Positions 27,859 to 38,966 of a stretch of DNA of 64,000 bases are shown in pieces; the stretch's first letter is position 1; each line of letters opens with the position of its first letter. The stretch is from an uncultured Spirochaetota bacterium (GTDB lineage: Bacteria; Spirochaetota; Spirochaetia; SZUA-6; CAVTHK01): NCBI GenBank assembly GCA_963734495.1, contig CAVTHK010000001.1, forward strand, positions 1-64,000, read 5' to 3'. Position numbers and translations under genes: made by a program. Below the pieces are notes generated by a model. It was given only the letters and a program-made list of their open reading frames with translations, was not told the origin of the DNA and did no database searches.

Positions 27859-29871
27859 ATGGACCAACTGAGATCCGCCTCGCCCGCCCTCCCCGACGAC
27901 GCTCCCCTCACGCAGCAGATCCTCTATGAGGTGAAGAAGGTCATCGTCGGCCAGGATCATCTGCTCGAGTGCGTCCTCATCGCGCTCCTGGCGCAGGGGC
28001 ACCTGCTGGTCGAAGGCGTCCCCGGCCTCGCCAAGACGCTCACGATCAAGACGCTCGCCCAGGCGCTGCAGTGCACGTTCAAGCGGATCCAGTTCACTCC
28101 GGACCTCCTGCCCGCGGACCTCGTCGGGACGCGCATCTTTAACCAGCGCACGGGCGAGTTCAGCACGTGGCTCGGCCCCGTCTTCACGAACCTGCTCCTG
28201 GCCGACGAGATCAACCGCTCCCCCGCCAAGGTGCAGAGCGCGCTGCTCGAGGTCATGCAGGAGCGGCAGGTCTCGATCGGGGGCCAGACGCACAAGGTGC
28301 CGGAGCCCTTCCTCGTCATGGCAACTCAGAACCCCATCGAAACCGAGGGAACCTACGCGCTGCCGGAGGCCCAGGTCGACCGTTTCATGATGAAGGTGCT
28401 CGTCGACTACCCGAACGAGCTCGAGGAGTTCGTGATCGTCGAGCGCATGACCGGCCGGCTCGACCAGGTGCGGCAGGTCATGAGCATCGAGCAGCTGCTC
28501 GCCCTGCGCGCGGAGGCCGACAACGTCTACGTGGACCCGTCGATCATCGAATACTCGGTGCGCCTGGCGACCGCGACGCGCTTCCCGGACCGGTACGGCC
28601 TGCCCGACCTGGCGAGGTACATCACCTACGGGGCGAGCCCCCGCGCCTCGATCAACCTGATCCTCACCGGACGCGCGCTGGCCTACGTGCGGGGCCGCAG
28701 CTACGCGATCCCGCAGGACGTCGCGGACATGGCGCTCGACGTGATGCGGCACCGCCTCGTGCTTTCCTACGAGGCACTCTCCGACTCGGTCACCGCCGAC
28801 GCGATCCTCTCGCGGATCCTCGAGGCGGTGCCGGCGCCTTCGCTGCCGATGCAGGGCCGCGCGCCGGTCGCGGCCGAGCCGCCGCGCGAGGCAGCCGGCC
28901 CGGAGGCCGGCGACGGACGCGCGGCCGGGGCGCGGGCGACGCGGGGGCGCAGGCGAATGCCGCAGCAAGCAAGGAACCCTGAAGCCATCCTGCGGCGCCT
29001 GGACTGGACGGTGATCCGCCGGCTCGACGGATTGCTGCAGGGCGACTACCGCACCCTCTTTCAGGGCTTCGGCCTGGACCTGGCCGACCTCCGGGAGTAC
29101 CAGTTCGCCGACGACGTGCGCTGCATCGACTGGAACGTGACCGCGCGGATGCAGGAGCCCTACGTGCGCCGCTACCTGGAGGACCGCGAGGTCACCGCGT
29201 GGTTCCTCCTCGACCTGAGCCCTTCGGTGGATTTCGGGACCGTGGAGGTCCTCAAGCGCGACCTGCTGATCGATTTTGTCGGCGTCCTCGCGCGGCTGCT
29301 CACGCGGCACGGCAACCGCGTGGGCGCCATCGTCTACGACGGCAACCGGCAGAAGCTGATCCCCGCCCACGCGGGCCGGGCTCAGGTGCTGCGCCTCGTC
29401 CACGAGCTGCTGGCGCAGCCCCGCCTCGACCGCTCGCCCCCGACGGACCTCGCGCTTCTGCTCGACAACGCGGCCCGCGCGATCCGCAGGAGGGCGCTGC
29501 TCTTCGTGGTGTCGGACTTTATCAGCACGCCGGGCTGGCAGAGGCCCCTCGGGCTCCTCAGCCGCAGGCACGAGGTGCTCGCGGTGCGGCTCTTCGACCC
29601 TCGGGAGACGGAGCTGCCGGACATCGGCCACGTCGTCTTCGAAGACTCAGAGACCGGAGAGCAGCTGTTCTTCGACACCCATGACCGGGGCTTCCGCCTG
29701 AGGTTCGTGGAGGCGGTCCAGCGGCGCGAGGCCGCCCTGGCGGCGGCGTTCCGTGCGAGCGCCGTCGACGCCCTCGCCCTGTCCACCGAAGGCGACCTGG
29801 TCAGGGGGATTCTCCGGTTCGCGGCGCTGCGCAGGCAGCGCAAGGCGAGCCCCGCCGCGTTCGCGCGGTAG
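27859..29871 (+). CDS. moxR: MoxR AAA+ ATPase in frame with a DUF58 protein (likely two genes; DUF58 from 28957)
   Basis: EGVPGLAKT, DEINR, ATQNPIE; then DLREYQFADDVRCIDWNVTAR. Confidence 0.88.
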   Translation: MDQLRSASPALPDDAPLTQQILYEVKKVIVGQDHLLECVLIALLAQGHLLVEGVPGLAKTLTIKTLAQALQCTFKRIQFTPDLLPADLVGTRIFNQRTGEFSTWLGPVFTNLLLADEINRSPAKVQSALLEVMQERQVSIGGQTHKVPEPFLVMATQNPIETEGTYALPEAQVDRFMMKVLVDYPNELEEFVIVERMTGRLDQVRQVMSIEQLLALRAEADNVYVDPSIIEYSVRLATATRFPDRYGLPDLARYITYGASPRASINLILTGRALAYVRGRSYAIPQDVADMALDVMRHRLVLSYEALSDSVTADAILSRILEAVPAPSLPMQGRAPVAAEPPREAAGPEAGDGRAAGARATRGRRRMPQQARNPEAILRRLDWTVIRRLDGLLQGDYRTLFQGFGLDLADLREYQFADDVRCIDWNVTARMQEPYVRRYLEDREVTAWFLLDLSPSVDFGTVEVLKRDLLIDFVGVLARLLTRHGNRVGAIVYDGNRQKLIPAHAGRAQVLRLVHELLAQPRLDRSPPTDLALLLDNAARAIRRRALLFVVSDFISTPGWQRPLGLLSRRHEVLAVRLFDPRETELPDIGHVVFEDSETGEQLFFDTHDRGFRLRFVEAVQRREAALAAAFRASAVDALALSTEGDLVRGILRFAALRRQRKASPAAFAR

Positions 29872-29900
29872 CCCGCCCTCGAGCGGGCACGGAGGAGGCG

Positions 29901-30920
29901 ATGACGTTCCTGTGGGCGCGCATGCTCTGGCTGCTGCTGCTGATACCCGCGCTGGCGGCCGCTTACATCCTCGCTCAGCGCAGGCGCCAGAAGTACGCTC
30001 TGCGCTACGCGAGCCTCTCCCTCGTCAAAGAGGCGCTCGGCAAGGGCCCCGGGTTCCGGCGCCATGTTCCCCCGATCCTCTTTCTCGCGGGCATGACGGT
30101 CATGGTCGTCGCGCTGGCGCGGCCGACGGCGGTGGTCGTGCTGCCCTCCCAGCAGGGGACGATCATCCTGACCCTCGACAATTCCGGCAGCATGCGCGCG
30201 AACGACGTGCAGCCGAGCAGGCTCGAGGCGGCCAAGGCCGCGGCCAAGTCGTTCGTTGCGAAGCAGCCGAGGAGCCAGAGGATCGGCGTCGTCGCCTTCG
30301 CCGGGACCGCGTCGCTGGTCCAGCCGCCGACGACGAACCACGACGCGATCAACAGGGCGATCGACCGGCTCACGCTGCAGCGGGCCACCGCCATCGGAAG
30401 CGGGATCCTCACGTCCGTCAACGCGATCCTCGAGGAGTTCGGCGAAAAGCCGGTCTCCCTCCAGCTCGAGCCCTTCGGGCTCGGGGTCCAGGGCCAGGAG
30501 CCGACACCGGCTGCTCCAAATGAGAACCTCAAGACGGCCATCATCGTGCTCATGAGCGACGGCCAGAGCAACACCGGGCCCGACCCGCTGGACGTCGTCG
30601 ACCAGGCGGCGAGCCGCGGGATCAAGATCTACACCGTGGGCCTCGGCAGCCCCGACGGGACCATCATCACCTTCTACAACCGCTCGATGCGCGTGCGCCT
30701 CGACGAGACCACTCTCAAACGCATCGCGGAAAAGACCAACGCGAGCTACTTCAGGGCGACGAGCGACACGGACCTCAGGCAGATCTACGAGAACCTCGGC
30801 ACGCGCCTCGTCTTCAAGCCGGAGCGGACCGAGATCACCGCGATCTTCGCCGGCCTCGCGGCTCTCCTGCTCCTCGCCTCCAGCGGCTTGTCGCTTCTCT
30901 GGTTCAACAGGCTGCCGTAG
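29901..30920 (+). CDS. VWA-domain protein (BatA-like)
   Basis: DNSGSM MIDAS motif, TAIGSG, SDGQSN; terminal TM segments. Confidence 0.9.
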   Translation: MTFLWARMLWLLLLIPALAAAYILAQRRRQKYALRYASLSLVKEALGKGPGFRRHVPPILFLAGMTVMVVALARPTAVVVLPSQQGTIILTLDNSGSMRANDVQPSRLEAAKAAAKSFVAKQPRSQRIGVVAFAGTASLVQPPTTNHDAINRAIDRLTLQRATAIGSGILTSVNAILEEFGEKPVSLQLEPFGLGVQGQEPTPAAPNENLKTAIIVLMSDGQSNTGPDPLDVVDQAASRGIKIYTVGLGSPDGTIITFYNRSMRVRLDETTLKRIAEKTNASYFRATSDTDLRQIYENLGTRLVFKPERTEITAIFAGLAALLLLASSGLSLLWFNRLP

Positions 30921-30966
30921 CGCAGCCGGCCAGCCTGGCGAGTACGCTAGGCAAGCCTGGCTGGCG

Positions 30967-32241
30967 CTAGGCCAGCAGCATCCGCGCGAGGTAGCGCGAC
31001 TTGAGCTGCCGGCTCGCCAGGGCCTGCTTGATCGGGGGGAGCTTCAGGATCACTCCCAGGATCGCGGCCATCGCCCGGTGGCTCGCCAGCGCCTGGTTGT
31101 CGAAGATGAGGTTCTGCAGCGTGCCGCGCTCGATCGCCATCAGCACGGCTCGGTGGGCAGAGTTGACGGGCGTGATGACGCGCTCCGCCCGGACGGCGAG
31201 CGCCAGCGCTCCAGCCGGGCAGGCGCGCACGCACACGCCGCAGCCCAGGCAGATGCTCTCGTCGACGCGCGCCTTCCTCCTCTTCGGGTTGCGCGGCTCG
31301 TTCGCGGAGACCAGGCCGACAGCCTCGATGGGACAGGCGTTGACGCAGGCGCCGCATCCGGTGCACTTCGCCGGGTCCGCCGAAGGCAGGAAGCCCGTCG
31401 TGTGGATGGGGTGGAGCACGGCGAATCGCCGCGCCGCGATCATCGCCTCGCAGCAGCAGCCGCAGCAGTTGCAGATAAAGCTCACGCCCCGCTGCACGTT
31501 CTCGCCGAACTGCACGAGGCCCCGGCCCTGCGCCTCCTCGATGATGTCGATCGCCTCGCTCGCGTCGATCGCCCTCGCAAAGCCGTGCCCGGTGAGGGAG
31601 GCGGCCGCCGTGTTGAAGGTCAGGCAGTTGACCTTGGGCGCGTCGCAGTCGCGGCCCACGTGCTCCATCTTGTGCCGGCAGTAGCAGACGCCGACCCCGC
31701 GGGCGCTCGCGCCGCGGGCCACCTCGCTCGCCCGCTCGTGGTCGAGCACGGTGAGCCCGGCGTCGGCCGGCAGGACCGCCTCCTGTACGAAGGCGCGGCC
31801 GAGCTGCGTCTCGCCGCCGGCGAACAGCGCCTTGATGAACTCCTCCTCCACGTTCAGGTACTGGAAGAAGAGCTCGGCGAGCAGCTTCTGGTTCACGTCC
31901 GAGCGGATGCGCATCATCGAGAACTCGAAGAACCCGGCCATGGGCGGCGGAAGGAAATACGTCGGGCGGCCGCGCGGGTCCTCCACGTCCAGCAGGATCG
32001 CGCGGCCGGCCAGCTCGTCGAGCGTCGCGCGTGCCTCGGGCTCACGCACGTGCCACGCCCGCGCGGCCTGCCCCGCGGTGAACGGCCTGATGGGCAGCAA
32101 CGCGACCAGGCGCGCCTCGCGCTCGCTGAAGAGAAGAGCGAGGATCTTGTACAGCACCTCGGAGGCGGGAGCGCCCTGCGGGAACCTGTTCAGCCGCTCG
32201 ACGAGAGACGCGTAACCCGACCTGAGCGTCGCGTGGGCCAC
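30967..32241 (-). CDS. 4Fe-4S dicluster protein
   Basis: CNCCGCCC and two CxxCxxCxxxCP motifs. Confidence 0.88.
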   Translation of the reverse strand: MAHATLRSGYASLVERLNRFPQGAPASEVLYKILALLFSEREARLVALLPIRPFTAGQAARAWHVREPEARATLDELAGRAILLDVEDPRGRPTYFLPPPMAGFFEFSMMRIRSDVNQKLLAELFFQYLNVEEEFIKALFAGGETQLGRAFVQEAVLPADAGLTVLDHERASEVARGASARGVGVCYCRHKMEHVGRDCDAPKVNCLTFNTAAASLTGHGFARAIDASEAIDIIEEAQGRGLVQFGENVQRGVSFICNCCGCCCEAMIAARRFAVLHPIHTTGFLPSADPAKCTGCGACVNACPIEAVGLVSANEPRNPKRRKARVDESICLGCGVCVRACPAGALALAVRAERVITPVNSAHRAVLMAIERGTLQNLIFDNQALASHRAMAAILGVILKLPPIKQALASRQLKSRYLARMLLA

Positions 32242-32296
32242 TTCGGCAGCATGATAGCCGGAGCCCGCCGCGCGGTAAAGGCGCGGACAGGGACCC

Positions 32297-32878
32297 TCAC
32301 GAGCCTGAGCGCCACAGCCGCGGCGGCCGGCGCATGTCCCGCACCTCGGCTTCGGCCATGGCCGCCGACGCTCGAGCGAGAGCTTCCCCTATCCCTTCGG
32401 TGGACGCGTCGGTCGCCTGTCCGTAGGTCAGAGACATCGCCATGCCGATCGTGAAGATCCACATCCGGTCGCACAGCCGGTCCACGGCGGCCGGAGGCAG
32501 CCTCCGCGTTGCGGGCTCCGCCCGCAGGCGGTCGGCGAGGGCCGCGCGGAAGCGGGAGCGGAGCTCGAAGCGGTAGCCTCCCGCCTGGTGGATGGCGAGG
32601 GAGAGCTTCGGCTCGTCGCGGCCGAACACGGCGACGCCGACGCCCAGGTTGAGCAGCGGGTCCGCGGCGTAGGTCCGCGACACGGCCGACTCCAGCATCC
32701 GGGAGGCGGCCTCGAGCACGTGCCGCCTGAGCTCCGCCATCGAGCCGAACGCCGTGTAGACGGGCGCCACCGAGCACCCGATCCGCTGCGCGACGGCCCG
32801 TGCGGTCAGAGCCTGCAGGCCCTCCTGGCGCACCAGGGCGAACGCCGCGGTTCCGATCAGGTTTTTCGAAAAGGCCAC
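32297..32878 (-). CDS. TetR/AcrR-family regulator
   Basis: GLQALTARAVAQRIGCSVAPVYTAF HTH. Confidence 0.88.
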   Translation of the reverse strand: MAFSKNLIGTAAFALVRQEGLQALTARAVAQRIGCSVAPVYTAFGSMAELRRHVLEAASRMLESAVSRTYAADPLLNLGVGVAVFGRDEPKLSLAIHQAGGYRFELRSRFRAALADRLRAEPATRRLPPAAVDRLCDRMWIFTIGMAMSLTYGQATDASTEGIGEALARASAAMAEAEVRDMRRPPRLWRSGS

Positions 32879-33018
32879 GCTTCTGGACAGGCACCTTCTC
32901 CTAACATGCGTTATTATAACACCTGCTATTTTCAGCCTCAGGCCGCGGGAGAGGCTTGCGCGGCTCCGTGTCAGACTGCCCGCGATGGTCTATCCTTTGA
33001 TCAAGGAGACGACCGGCC

Positions 33019-33936
33019 CTGGAAGGCGAGCTTCAACTCGCCAGGATCGTCAACTCGCGGGACTTTGCGGCGGTCCTGGCCGAGACTCTGAGGATCTACC
33101 AGCTCCACTATCCTGAAAGCGGCGCGAAGACGCTGAGAGAGCGCTATCGGCACGCCGAGTCGCTGTACGCAGGCACGTTCCCGGGCTACCGCCAGTGTCT
33201 GGTCGAGTACCACGACTTCCGCCACACGATGGACGTCACGCTCGCCACGGCGCGGCTGATCGACGGCTACAACCTGGCGTCGGCGCCGCTCGAGGTCGAG
33301 GTGGCGAGCGGCCTGCTGCTCGCGGCCCTCCTGCACGACACCGGCTACATCCAGGAGGACTGGGACGCCGAGGGCACGGGCGCCAGGTACACCAAGGAGC
33401 ACGAGCGGCGCAGCGTGGAGTTCATGTGGAAGAACGCGGGCGTGTTCGGGATCGAGTCGGCCGCGCTTCCCGGCCTCGCGCGCATGATCCAGGCGACCGA
33501 CCTCAAGCTGGCTTTCGCCGACATCCCCTACTCCTCCGCGCAGGAGCGGACCGCCGGGGCGATCCTGGGGTCCGCGGACCTCCTCGGGCAGATGGCCGAC
33601 CGAGAGTACCTGGAAAAGCTGCTCTTTCTCTACTACGAGTTCCGCGAAGCCGGCATCCCGGGGCACAACACCGAGTTCGACATCCTGCGCAAGACGCGTG
33701 GCTTCTACGAGAGCACGCGGGAGCGCCTCGCGCGGACGCTGCTGGGCGTGCACGAGGTGGCCCGCCTGCACTTCCGGGAGCGTTTCGGCGACGATCGTGA
33801 CCTCTACGACGTGGCGATCGAGAGGCAGATGGCCTATCTCGACGGGATCATCGCGGACTCGACGACGAACTTCCGCCACAAGCTGCACAGGGGCGATCAG
33901 AGGAGGCTCCACGAGCGCCGCGCCCCGGCGGCCTGA
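33019..33936 (+). CDS. HD-domain phosphohydrolase-like protein
   Basis: YHDFRHT...LLHDTGY...ADLLGQMA; start uncertain. Confidence 0.75.
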   Translation: MEGELQLARIVNSRDFAAVLAETLRIYQLHYPESGAKTLRERYRHAESLYAGTFPGYRQCLVEYHDFRHTMDVTLATARLIDGYNLASAPLEVEVASGLLLAALLHDTGYIQEDWDAEGTGARYTKEHERRSVEFMWKNAGVFGIESAALPGLARMIQATDLKLAFADIPYSSAQERTAGAILGSADLLGQMADREYLEKLLFLYYEFREAGIPGHNTEFDILRKTRGFYESTRERLARTLLGVHEVARLHFRERFGDDRDLYDVAIERQMAYLDGIIADSTTNFRHKLHRGDQRRLHERRAPAA

Positions 33937-34004
33937 GCCCGATCGCCGCGCGTCTCGGGCGCGGACCGACAGACCCCGACGCCCGAAAACAGCGGGGGCG
34001 CGGA

Positions 34005-34382
34005 TCAGGCGGCCGGCCGCCTGATCGAGTAGGTCATGCGGTCGACCGACCACTCGCGTTCGATCGCGCCCGTCCGCTCGAGCTCAAGAAGCCGCTCTGC
34101 GACGAGCTTCGCGGGAAGGCCGAGAGCGGCCGACACCGCGGTCTGGTCCACTTGGCCGCCTCTCTGGGCGATCAGCGCCGTCACCTGGGCCTCGAAATCG
34201 CCGAGCGTCTCCCGCTGAGCCTCCGAGAGCGCCGCGGCCGTCGCCTTTCGCTCCCTCGCCCGTGCGATCCACCACGCGGCCGCCGACGCGATGATCAGCA
34301 GCGTCGCGCCGGCGATCACGGGCACGATCCACGTTTCCCACCCGAAACCGAACAAATGGTATCCATAGTATCCGCCACGCAT
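34005..34382 (-). CDS. small membrane protein with C-terminal wHTH-like segment
   Basis: One TM helix, then DQTAVSAALGLPAKLVAERLLELERTG. Confidence 0.6.
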   Translation of the reverse strand: MRGGYYGYHLFGFGWETWIVPVIAGATLLIIASAAAWWIARARERKATAAALSEAQRETLGDFEAQVTALIAQRGGQVDQTAVSAALGLPAKLVAERLLELERTGAIEREWSVDRMTYSIRRPAA

Positions 34383-34619
34383 TTTCTGTGCTCCTTGCTC
34401 GATTCTGTGCACGCACCGTGCCATGCCGACACGCACCTGGCCGCCGCCGACCAACTCTCCATGCAGCGGTGAATTGCGTAAGGTCACGGCGAGCACCGCG
34501 CGTCGTGGCTGATCGGGACGAGTGCGCGGATCCTGCGCGGTTCGCCGGGCTCGGCACTCGCTGCGCACACGGCCTCGACCGGGCGACTGCCTGCTCCGCC
34601 GGCGCGGAACATCCGCAGG

Positions 34620-35565
34620 TCACCCCTCGTCGCCGATGCCGTCCCGGGCGACCTTTGCCGGCGCAGGCGCGTCGGGCAGGAGATGCCGGGGCAGGAAAGC
34701 CATCCCCGCGATGAGCGTCGGCACGACGGCGCTCGCTATGACGACGGCCACGAGGAACGAGTACTGGCCCCGCGTTACGATTCCGTGCGAGAGACCATAG
34801 AGCGCGGAGATCGAGCCAAAGGTCAAACCCGTCGACATCATCAGCGTGTAGTACCATCGCTCACTGCGGTCACGGCGGAACCGCGAGACGACCGGGACGA
34901 GGCCGAAGATCTTTGAAAGCACCTTGCCCGCGAGAAGCGCGACAAACACCAACGGAGCGGCGACCAGGGCCGGCAGAGAGACAAAGGTTCCCGCTCGCAG
35001 AAAGTAGAACGGCGTGAGGAATCCGACCGTCAGAGTCCGCAGTCGGCGAATCCAGTGCGCGTCCGTGCTCGAGAACTCAGCCAGGATCATCCCGATCAGA
35101 TACGCCGGAAGCACCGCCTCGCTTCCCGACCACGCGGCAAGCGCGCCGAGCCCGAAGAGGACGAGGATGACCCACTTGGTCCGGATGGCGGCCGTGCGGT
35201 GGGCGTAAGTGCGGGCCAGCCTGCGCGTCAAGAGCGGAAGGAGCGCAAGCGCAACCGCCGTCGCCACGACAAAGACCACCGACTTCCAGGTGAACGGCGC
35301 GAACAGCAGTCCTAGGGCAATCACAGTCCCGAGGTCATTGACGAAGCAGGCGCCGAGGATGCCCTTGCCGAACGCAGTCTTGTTGAAGCCGGTCTCGATC
35401 ATGACCGAGTAGACCACGGCCATCGAGGTCGTGGAGAGCGCCACGCCGCAGAGCAGGCTGGCGCGGGCGTCCCAGCCCAGCAGGAAATGCGCGATCGCGG
35501 CGCACCCCGCGAACGGAGCGAGGAAGCCGACGAGACCGACCGAGATCACCTCCCTGGCCTTTGCG
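34620..35565 (-). pseudogene. cation:proton antiporter, C-terminal part (interrupted by RIT)
   Basis: ALSTTSMAVV, ACFVNDLG; joins the N-terminal part at 38967-39224 as EVMRA|KAREVISVG. Confidence 0.88.
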
Positions 35566-35688
35566 GCGTTATGCCGACATCGGCATAACGTGCATTATGC
35601 CGACCGCCGGATTATGCCGACTTCGGTGGTCCACGGCCTATCGGGTCGCGGTGAAGAACGGTTTTCTCGGCTTGGGCTGGCGGCATAA

Positions 35689-36684
35689 TCAAAGCGTGCT
35701 GAGAAAGGCCAGCAGGCGGTCAGGAGGTCGGTAACGGCGGGCGGCCGCGAGGCTGGGAGCTGTCTTCGCCAGGGCCCGTTCCTTCGCGGCGAGGTCGACT
35801 GCGAGATAGACGTGGGTGGTTTCCACCGACTCGTGTCCGAGCCACAGGGCGATGACCGCGGAATCGATGCCGGCCTCGAGCATCCGAACCGCTCTGGTGT
35901 GCCGAAGAACGTGGGGGGAGACGCGTTTGTTGGCGAGCGAGGGACAGGAGGCGGCTGCGGCCTTGCTGGCATGCCTGTGCAGCCGCTTTTCGACGGCGTC
36001 GCGGCTCATGAAACCGCCACGCTGGCTTGGGAAGAGCGGATCCGTGGGCTGAGCGGGCTGTGCCCTGAGCCAGGCTCGCAGGACGCCGACGGTCTCTTTC
36101 CTCAGCGGGGTCATTCGCTCCTTCCGCCCCTTGCCCATGCAACGGACGTGGGCCCCGGGCCCTTCGAGTTCCAAGTCGGCCTGCGTCAGCCGAGTGATCT
36201 CGGAGACACGCAGTCCGGTCTGCTCGGCGAGTAGGAGCAGAGCGTGGTCGCGGCGGCCGATCCAGCTGGAGGTGTCCGGTGCCGCGAGCAAGGCATTGAT
36301 CTCCTGCTGGGTGAGGAACTCGACTGTCTTTCGGTCGAACCGCTTCTGGGGGATCGCCAGCACGCGCTGGATCAATGCGCTGTGCTCGGGAACCTCGGTG
36401 GCCGCGTAGTGGAAGAAGGCGCGGATAGCCGACAGTCGCGCGTTGCGCGAGCGGGGGGAGTTGTTCCGCTCGGTCCCCAAGGAGTCGAGGAAGGCGGTGA
36501 CCATTGGGGCTTCGAGGTCGGCGAGCAGGAGGTCTGAGGGTTTCTTCCCCAGCTCTTTCTCCGCGAATCGGAGCAGCAGCCGGAAGGTGTCGCGGTAGGC
36601 GGCGATGGTGTTCGGGCTGGCTTGGCGTTGCTTGCCGAGCCGCACCAGGAAGAATGCCTCGAGAAGGGGTGCGAGGGCGCTCAT
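35689..36684 (-). CDS. ritC: RIT tyrosine recombinase C
   Basis: TGLRVSE, GKGRKER, HVLRHT, LGHESVETTHVY. Confidence 0.92.
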   Translation of the reverse strand: MSALAPLLEAFFLVRLGKQRQASPNTIAAYRDTFRLLLRFAEKELGKKPSDLLLADLEAPMVTAFLDSLGTERNNSPRSRNARLSAIRAFFHYAATEVPEHSALIQRVLAIPQKRFDRKTVEFLTQQEINALLAAPDTSSWIGRRDHALLLLAEQTGLRVSEITRLTQADLELEGPGAHVRCMGKGRKERMTPLRKETVGVLRAWLRAQPAQPTDPLFPSQRGGFMSRDAVEKRLHRHASKAAAASCPSLANKRVSPHVLRHTRAVRMLEAGIDSAVIALWLGHESVETTHVYLAVDLAAKERALAKTAPSLAAARRYRPPDRLLAFLSTL

Positions 36685-37604
36685 GTGTGCACCTCATGGG
36701 AGCGCCGGCAGCGCTCGCTGACCAAGGCGAGAAGCTCCGGAACCGCGGTCAGATACCAGTAGGTCATGGTCGGGTTGAGGTGGCCCAGGTAGGTCGACAG
36801 CAGTGGCAGCCTTGATTCCACGTCGACACCGCAGCGATACCAGCCGATGAGCGTGCGGACGGCGAAGGTGTGGCGGAGGTCGTGGATGCGCGGGCGGCGT
36901 GGGCTGCGGTTGGCGAGACCCGCCCGGTCGATGAGGCGATGGAAGCGCAAATGGACGTTGGCGTAGATGAGCGGCTTGCCGGCTCGCGAGAGGAACAGAC
37001 GCGAGGAGTACTGGATGGGCAGGAGGCGGTCGCGATTGCGGGCATAACGGCCGAGGGCCTCGACGCTCGACGGGTGAAGCGGGATCTCGCGGGACTTGCC
37101 GAACTTTGACCCACGCACGACGAGCAGGCCTCGGTCGTGGTCGAGGTCACGGCGGTCGAGCCTTATGGCCTCGCCCACACGCATGCCTGTGACGGCGAGC
37201 AGGGCGAGAAGGGTCGCGTCGGTAAAGGCGCTGTGGTGATCCCGCTGTGAGCGCGCCGCCTCAAGGAGCCTGTCGATGTCGTCCTTAGAGTAGATGTAGG
37301 GCCTCAGGCGCCGGGATGCGGGCGGCAGAAGATGATGAGGCGGGACCTCGGTGCGGGGGTCAAAGGACTGTGCGTAAAGAGCGAACTGGCGGATGATGCC
37401 TAAGCGTGTGGCCCACCACCGGGGCGATGCCGCGGCCGGTTTGGTAGCCCACTGGAGGGCGAGCTTCGTCGTGATCGAGTTGCTGCCGGCAGCGAGCACT
37501 GAGTTGACGAACTCGTGCAAGCGCCTGCCGACGTGCTGGAGCTTGTACCCCGTGGCGTGACGGGTGGCGAGGTAGTCGTCGAGGATCTGGTGGAGGTTGC
37601 TCAT
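36681..37604 (-). CDS. ritB: RIT tyrosine recombinase B
   Basis: TGMRVGE, SKFGKSR, HDLRHTFA, LSTYLGH, TYWY. Confidence 0.92.
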   Translation of the reverse strand: MSNLHQILDDYLATRHATGYKLQHVGRRLHEFVNSVLAAGSNSITTKLALQWATKPAAASPRWWATRLGIIRQFALYAQSFDPRTEVPPHHLLPPASRRLRPYIYSKDDIDRLLEAARSQRDHHSAFTDATLLALLAVTGMRVGEAIRLDRRDLDHDRGLLVVRGSKFGKSREIPLHPSSVEALGRYARNRDRLLPIQYSSRLFLSRAGKPLIYANVHLRFHRLIDRAGLANRSPRRPRIHDLRHTFAVRTLIGWYRCGVDVESRLPLLSTYLGHLNPTMTYWYLTAVPELLALVSERCRRSHEVHT

Positions 37605-38812
37605 GCCGCACCTCCGGGCCACGGCTGCGCGAGCTCGTGCAACCGGCAGTAGTCCACCTTGGCGTAGATCGCCGTGGTCGCGTGGTGGCGGTGACGGAGG
37701 GCCTGCGCGATCTCATCAAGGGTCGCTCCCCGGCGCAGCATCGTGGTGGCGGCGCTGTGCCGCAGCCGGTGAGCGCCGACCGGTGGCAGCTGGACGCGCT
37801 TGCAGGCGTCCCGGACGATAGAGGTAACAGCGCTGCTGCCGAGTGGGCCGTGGGGGACGTGATGGCCCAGGAACAAGGAGCGCCAGCTCGTCTTCCTGCG
37901 CCGCCGCAGATAGGAGGCGAGCGCGCTGCCCACCTCCTCCAGAAGCGGCATGCGGTCCTCCCGCCCGCCTTTGCCACGGATGAGCAGGATGCCCTCCCGC
38001 CAGTTCACGTCGTCGAGGCTCAGAGACGCGACCTCCTTCGCTCGCAGTCCCATACGAGCCAGGAGCAAGAGGACCGCGTAGTCGCGGCGGCCGAGGGTGG
38101 AGCGCCTGTCGCAGCTGTCGACGATGGCGTTTACTTGCTCGGGAGCGAGGTACTTCGGCAGTGAAGCCATGCGGCTGCCGGCGACCTTGGGGACGGCGCC
38201 CCTGAGGTCCATGGTGATGTCGCCCCGTAGCTGCAGATAGCGCAGGAATGAGCGAAGGCCGGTGAGCGTCGCCCGGGTCTGGTCGACGTTAGATCCCCGT
38301 GAACTGTCGAGGACGTAGCGCTTGACCGTAGCGCCGTCGAGCGAGGACAGATCCAACTCGCCAGACGGTGAGGTCTTCACCAGCAACTGCCGGGCTTCGG
38401 CGCGGTACTTCCGAGCCACACCAGGGGTGAGCCCCTGATCGTGGATCAGCGAGCCCTCGTACTCGCTCAACAGCTGCTCGAGTGGCGTCAGTGGGGAGAG
38501 TGGCGCGGCCGGGGAAGGCTCGGGTATCAGCCCCGCTCCGGCAAGGAAGCGGAGAACCGCAACGAGGCTTCCCCGGCTCAGGAACTGGGTGTAGCCTCTA
38601 TCTCGCCTCGCGCAAAGGAACGAATCGACCTGCTCATCGGACAGGTCCTGTAGCCCGAGACTCTGCTCCTCGAGCCATCGGCTCAGATGACTCGCCACTC
38701 CCAGCAGATTCCTGCACGAGAGGATCGCGTAGCCCTGTCGAAGCAGGTCTGACCTGAGCTCTCGGACGTGATGCGCCAGGGGTCCGGAAAACCGGACGGT
38801 AGGAAACCGCAT
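37601..38812 (-). CDS. ritA: RIT tyrosine recombinase A
   Basis: GLRAKEV, GKGGRED, HRLRHSAAT, LRHRHHATTAIYAKVD. Confidence 0.92.
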   Translation of the reverse strand: MRFPTVRFSGPLAHHVRELRSDLLRQGYAILSCRNLLGVASHLSRWLEEQSLGLQDLSDEQVDSFLCARRDRGYTQFLSRGSLVAVLRFLAGAGLIPEPSPAAPLSPLTPLEQLLSEYEGSLIHDQGLTPGVARKYRAEARQLLVKTSPSGELDLSSLDGATVKRYVLDSSRGSNVDQTRATLTGLRSFLRYLQLRGDITMDLRGAVPKVAGSRMASLPKYLAPEQVNAIVDSCDRRSTLGRRDYAVLLLLARMGLRAKEVASLSLDDVNWREGILLIRGKGGREDRMPLLEEVGSALASYLRRRRKTSWRSLFLGHHVPHGPLGSSAVTSIVRDACKRVQLPPVGAHRLRHSAATTMLRRGATLDEIAQALRHRHHATTAIYAKVDYCRLHELAQPWPGGAA

Positions 38813-38966
38813 CGTGACCTCCCTTCCCAACCAGTGGTCGGGACGAGGTCACTATGTGCCAAGCAGCCCGGATTATGCCGCCAAGGGGATCGAGAAAAAC
38901 CCTATCCGCGGCAGGAAAACCGCAGACTCGACCGAGTGAGTCGGCATAATCCGGCGGTCGGCATAA

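Larger units (their letters stand above)
35566..38966 (-). mobile_element. RIT element (recombinases in trio)
   Basis: Three overlapping tyrosine recombinases; 31-bp IR 35592-35622 / 38939-38969; TGCG at both junctions. Confidence 0.92.

Noticed and set aside
27859-29871. Novel MoxR-DUF58 fusion
   Set aside because: The linker is low-complexity and GC-rich, DUF58 has its own ATG, and indel errors are frequent in this window; probably two genes.
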